DNA from: Candidatus Heimdallarchaeota archaeon
Lineage (GTDB): Archaea > Asgardarchaeota > Heimdallarchaeia > Heimdallarchaeales > Heimdallarchaeaceae
DNA: 17,935 bases
Direction of reading: 5' to 3'
Assembly (NCBI GenBank): GCA_019057375.1
Contig: DXJF01000100.1
Coordinates: 1-17,935, forward strand
A program made the translations under genes and the position numbers. Shown here one piece after another: positions 13,949 through 17,935 of the stretch; the first letter of the stretch is position 1, and each line of letters opens with the position of its first letter. The notes under the pieces were generated by a model. It made no database searches. It saw only the letters and a program-made list of their open reading frames with translations, and was not told the DNA's origin.

Positions 13949-14448
13949 TGTTTTAGTTTCTTTCTCATTGATAACAGTTTTACAGAATAACCCAATTTAT
14001 CATAAAATTCTACACCACTTTCATTCAGAAGATGCACATACAACGATAATTCATCAACCTGATTCTCTCTAGCAAAATCTTTCTCGAATTTTTCCATCAG
14101 TTTCGTACCTATTCCTTGCCGTCTAAAACTTTCAACTACAGCTATGTCTGAGATATGAGCTATGTCTCGTTTCTTGAAGAAACCTGAATGCTTCTTTATA
14201 AAACCAAACAAGAACCCAATTATTTTTTCTTCTACTTTAGCCACATAGACTACTTGCGTTGGCTCATGTAATGCTTTTGAGACCATAAAACTGAAGTTTA
14301 TTTTTCCATCTTTATCTAAGGTAAAATCCTCATCAATTTCTGAATGCCAGTCTATAGTCTCAACCCAGATATTTACAATGTCTTTAACATCCTCTTTTTT
14401 TGCCTTTGAAAGTTTTACTTCTCTTAGGTCATCTGTTTTTGGGTTCAT
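13945..14448 (-). CDS. GNAT-family N-acetyltransferase
   Basis: HISDIAVVESFRRQGIGTKLM (acetyl-CoA binding motif A) and LYVHLLNESGVEFYDKLGY (motif B). Confidence 0.92.
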   Translation of the reverse strand: MNPKTDDLREVKLSKAKKEDVKDIVNIWVETIDWHSEIDEDFTLDKDGKINFSFMVSKALHEPTQVVYVAKVEEKIIGFLFGFIKKHSGFFKKRDIAHISDIAVVESFRRQGIGTKLMEKFEKDFARENQVDELSLYVHLLNESGVEFYDKLGYSVKLLSMRKKLKH

Positions 14449-14603
14449 TATATGATAGTATACATACTAGTTTCTATTTTTTACTATAGGTAATACTCAA
14501 GAAATTTGTTTAGAAGATAGTGAATAATCTTTTTATTATTCTTTTTTTTACTCGTCTATTAGTACTTGTGGAATATAAAAATTATGTATAGGTGAAGTAA
14601 TTC

Positions 14604-15860
14604 ATGTTGATAAATAACCCAACAAAAAAAGTTGATTATACAGAGAGAGATTTGTCAAATATTCTCAAATTTAGAGAAAAAAAATTTATCACAGATTTAA
14701 ATGTTTTCAATAAACGAGTGTTAGTAAGAGTTGATTATAATGTTCCACTTGATAAGAATGGAAAAATTACAGATGCAAGACGAATAGCAAATACTTTACC
14801 AACTCTTAACTATTTGCTAGAAGAGAAGTGCAGAATAATTCTGATTTCACATCTAGGAAGACCCGACGGAAAAATTGTAGAATCTCTTAGAATGGATCCT
14901 ATCCATAAGAAATTGAAGGAGTTCTTTCCAGAAACCAATGTCTATAAAGTAGATGACTGTATTGGAAAAGAAGTGGAAAGCAAAGTTTCCAAGTTGAAGA
15001 ACGAAGAAATACTTCTTCTGGAAAATCCCAGATTCCACAAAGAAGAAAAAGATAATGATCTTGAATTTGCCGCAAAATTGGCTAAACTAGCTGATGTCTA
15101 TGTAAACGATGCTTTTGCTACTGTTCATAGAAAACAAGCTTCAACTTATGGGGTTTGTTTCTTTTTCAAAGAGAAGGGATATGGTTTTCTTGTAGAGAAA
15201 GAGTTGAAATTCTTGTCATCCAGTATAGAAAAACCTCAAAGACCATTCACAGTAATTCTAGGAGGAAAAAAAGTTAAAGACAAACTTGAAGTGATAAAGA
15301 ATCTAATTGGTTTAGCAGATAATATCTTGATTGGGGGAGGGATGGCTTATACATTCCTTCTAGCTGAAGGATATCAAATTGGAAAATCTGTCAAGGATTT
15401 ATCTAAACTTGAAGAGATCAGAGATTATCTCAGAGATGAAACTCATGGAACAAAAATTTTTATTCCAAAAGATGTGCTGGTATGCGATGAAATCGAAAAT
15501 CCGAAGAAAATAGAAATTGTTCCTGTAACTGAAATTGGGGAAAATGATATAGGAGTAGATATTGGTCCTGAAACAATCAAAATTTTTAATCAAATCTTAG
15601 CAGAATCAAAACAAGTTTTATGGAACGGACCTATGGGTGTTTTTGAAAAGAAAGAATTTGAAAATGGAACAAAAGAAATAGCTAGATATCTAGCTGAAAG
15701 CGAGATTGTTACAATTATTGGTGGGGGAGATAGTGCTGCAGCAATTGAGAAATTTGATTATCAAGACGATATGTCTTTCATTTCTACTGGTGGGGGAGCA
15801 AGCCTTGATGTTATGCGAGGTGCTCTTTTACCTGCCATCGATTGTTTATCAGATAAATGA
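14604..15860 (+). CDS. pgk: Phosphoglycerate kinase
   Basis: RVDYNVP, SHLGRP, LLENPRF, YVNDAF, GGGMAYTF, WNGPMGVFE, GGGDS, STGGGA; SD AGGTGA at 14590-14595. Confidence 0.97.
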   Translation: MLINNPTKKVDYTERDLSNILKFREKKFITDLNVFNKRVLVRVDYNVPLDKNGKITDARRIANTLPTLNYLLEEKCRIILISHLGRPDGKIVESLRMDPIHKKLKEFFPETNVYKVDDCIGKEVESKVSKLKNEEILLLENPRFHKEEKDNDLEFAAKLAKLADVYVNDAFATVHRKQASTYGVCFFFKEKGYGFLVEKELKFLSSSIEKPQRPFTVILGGKKVKDKLEVIKNLIGLADNILIGGGMAYTFLLAEGYQIGKSVKDLSKLEEIRDYLRDETHGTKIFIPKDVLVCDEIENPKKIEIVPVTEIGENDIGVDIGPETIKIFNQILAESKQVLWNGPMGVFEKKEFENGTKEIARYLAESEIVTIIGGGDSAAAIEKFDYQDDMSFISTGGGASLDVMRGALLPAIDCLSDK

Positions 15861-17450
15861 TTAAAACATCCATATGAAATATAACAGGAGAGAAACAATA
15901 GCTCCCACAATAATGCTAAAAAGATTAACAAAATCATTTCTTAGCCATTTAACACCAGAATAATATTCTGTCTCTTCATTACAATGTACTTTCTTCTCTG
16001 TAATTTTTTCACATATAGTACATTTGTTTAGTTTCTGAATAGTACAAGCGAAAATACTATCAAAATATGAACCTATTAAACCACCCACAATTACAGGAAT
16101 GATGAAAGCCCACATAGAAGTAGGAAATACAGTATAACTATCAATGAAGCTAACTCCAAATCCTGAGAATGCAATAATTACTGCTCCTAAGATTGAAGCT
16201 AAGAGACCTAGTATTGATACGGCGCCAGGTGATCCCTGTTCAGCTTTGACCCATGGTTTGATAGATAATCTTGGTTTGAATTTCGATAAAGCTCCAATTT
16301 CTGTTCCTAGAGTATCAGCTAAACTAACAGCAATTGCACCCCCGGCAATAACAGTGATAATGGGATCTCTAAAAAGTATCACTAAGAAAGCCAAAAATGC
16401 AGGTATAACACTATTGACCATTGCTTGAACGCTATCTCTTCTAGTATCACTTTTCTCAAATTCTTGACTTATGGATTTCTTCTTGTTTTTTCCAAGAAAA
16501 GTAGTTAAACTTCCAAGAACAAAAAATGTGATATACATAACTCCCCATGTCCATGAGCCAAGACCAAGAATTACTAAACCAAAGTATAAACCAGCTAATG
16601 CTCCATCCCAGGTTAATGCCTTGAGAATAATTCCAGAAACAGCTAATAACAAACCAACGGTCGCTCCTGCTATTATTGCATTATTCGATAGTGATGAAAC
16701 AAAGGAAAACGAAGTTGTATACAGAATATACAATATAATCGCATTTGCAGCTGGAACCGCAATATTATCAAATCCTTTAGGAGTTAATGCTTCAACGAAA
16801 GCAGTAATAAAACCAGTCAGCAATCCTAGATAAACAGATAATACAACGGTTTGAGATAGGATTAAACAACTGATTGTAACTGCTCCAAAGGATGCAAATG
16901 CTGCAGCCCAACTTCCTAGTAATGTTTTTGTTCCTCCAAAAATATTGTATGCTTTATCATTCCCAAACTTAGAACCTATTACGGCACTTATCCCGTCCCC
17001 CCAAACTAAAGGCATGAAAGCTCCAAAAAGAATGATATTTGTTTGATTGTTTTTATCTGGACTGAAGAATAATACAACCAGAATCGTTAATGAAATAGCA
17101 TAAAAAACTGTACCATATTTATGTCCTTCACCTACACCTTTTAGTCTGAATTTCTTAATCGGGGAGCCAGGACCTGTAAAATAGGTGAAGGGAATAAAGA
17201 AAACCGGTCCTATCAATGCAAACCATATATTGGTAAAAACAAAAGGAAATAAGAGAACTACATTCCCTACAGATAGATGAACAATTTTCCTTGAGGTGCT
17301 TCCTGATACTTTGTCTTTTCTTCTTAGAATTTCGGCGATGAAAAGTGAAAGGAGAACAAAGATAAAAAGTGCTGCTAATCCAATGATGTCAGAAATAGCT
17401 ATTTTAGTAGGTAATGAAAAATCCAATTTATTTCCTCTTTTAATTCTCAA
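15861..17450 (-). CDS. Fusion of phytol/dolichol-kinase-like domain (CTP_transf_1 clan) and DUF92 (TMEM19/VTE6-like) domain
   Basis: N-terminal half (about 16701-17450): SRKIVHL, WGDGISAVIGSKFG, KTLLGS, EALTPKGFDNIAVP. C-terminal half: LTWDGALAG, RRDSVQAMVNS, ADTLGTEIG, GAVSILG, CTIC...HC, NDFVN. Start is TTG 17450 or TTG 17426 (AGAGG SD upstream). Confidence 0.85.
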   Translation of the reverse strand: MRIKRGNKLDFSLPTKIAISDIIGLAALFIFVLLSLFIAEILRRKDKVSGSTSRKIVHLSVGNVVLLFPFVFTNIWFALIGPVFFIPFTYFTGPGSPIKKFRLKGVGEGHKYGTVFYAISLTILVVLFFSPDKNNQTNIILFGAFMPLVWGDGISAVIGSKFGNDKAYNIFGGTKTLLGSWAAAFASFGAVTISCLILSQTVVLSVYLGLLTGFITAFVEALTPKGFDNIAVPAANAIILYILYTTSFSFVSSLSNNAIIAGATVGLLLAVSGIILKALTWDGALAGLYFGLVILGLGSWTWGVMYITFFVLGSLTTFLGKNKKKSISQEFEKSDTRRDSVQAMVNSVIPAFLAFLVILFRDPIITVIAGGAIAVSLADTLGTEIGALSKFKPRLSIKPWVKAEQGSPGAVSILGLLASILGAVIIAFSGFGVSFIDSYTVFPTSMWAFIIPVIVGGLIGSYFDSIFACTIQKLNKCTICEKITEKKVHCNEETEYYSGVKWLRNDFVNLFSIIVGAIVSLLLYFIWMF

Positions 17451-17480
17451 TTACTTCAGAGATAGCAAGTCATTAAAAAT

Positions 17481-17933
17481 CTACTGCTCGCTAAATGCAT
17501 CTCCTTTATTGAAGCTCTCTACTGCTTTTGCTCTATCGACAGCATCAACCATTCCATCACATCTGGGATGATAAAACTGATCACAGTTTCTACAAACCTG
17601 TTCATTCTTTCTATTTCTAAATCCTGTAAAATAAGCTCTGCTTGTAAAATAGAGAAAGAGAGTTGTGAGAATGACTACAAATGCCCACCAATTCATTGCC
17701 TGAGCAAGGGTAACTATAGAAAGAATGATCGATAAACCTGCTGAAATCATAGCAATTCCAAGAAAGAAACGGCTAACATCTTTTATTAAACGAGGAGGAT
17801 CAAGAAAAGCACTGATGGGTGTAAAAATGAACAAAATTAACATTGCTACAAATACCATCCAAAATGTCACTTTAAGAACAAATACCATTATAGGAGCTAA
17901 GATTAATCCAGCAATTATTCCGCTGTAGAGATT
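17481..17933 (-). CDS. 5'-partial multi-pass membrane protein with C-terminal CxxC-x4-HxxC motif
   Basis: The frame is open upstream of the ATG at 17888 to the window edge (NLYSGIIAGLILAPIM...). At least 3-4 hydrophobic helices, then CRNCDQFYHPRCDG. Confidence 0.6.
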   Translation of the reverse strand, partial: NLYSGIIAGLILAPIMVFVLKVTFWMVFVAMLILFIFTPISAFLDPPRLIKDVSRFFLGIAMISAGLSIILSIVTLAQAMNWWAFVVILTTLFLYFTSRAYFTGFRNRKNEQVCRNCDQFYHPRCDGMVDAVDRAKAVESFNKGDAFSEQ

Positions 17934-17935
17934 AA

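Noticed and set aside
13354-17928. ORFs 13354..13545, 14853..15038, 15399..15593, 16144..16428, 16471..16833, 17296..17571, 17725..17928
   Set aside because: Each overlaps or opposes a better-supported CDS or runs through a terminator; no independent support.
1-17935. tRNA, rRNA, CRISPR array or IS element
   Set aside because: Intergenic gaps are short (230 nt at most) and AT-rich, with no cloverleaf, repeat-spacer array, transposase or integrase seen.

Overview
AT-rich, gene-dense window that looks archaeal, most likely Asgard/Heimdallarchaeia-like. This is an inference from GGTGA-type ribosome-binding sites, TATA/BRE-like promoters, oligo-T terminators, sequon-rich surface proteins with C-terminal membrane anchors, and an SMC5/6-type ATPase. 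The main feature is a tightly coupled four-gene operon (908..5725) that reads like a prokaryotic SMC5/6 holocomplex: an SMC5/6-type ATPase with hinge, a probable kleisin, an Nse1/Nse3-like tandem winged-helix (KITE) protein, and a stand-alone Zn finger with Nse1-RING-like Cys spacing that overlaps the KITE stop codon. The second oddity is an Fe3+/thiamine-family ABC permease with a 7-bladed LVIVD beta-propeller inserted in its first extracellular loop; its binding protein is adjacent but no ATPase gene is in the window. The rest comprises a partial surface protein, a transglutaminase-like protein with Ig-like domains, a GIFT/GATase-like surface protein, a small hypothetical, a GNAT, a bacterial-type PGK, a phytol-kinase/DUF92 fusion and a partial membrane protein. 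Several palindromes lie at putative transcription starts. I saw no rRNA, tRNA, CRISPR array or IS element. All family calls come from motif recognition by eye; no searches were run.
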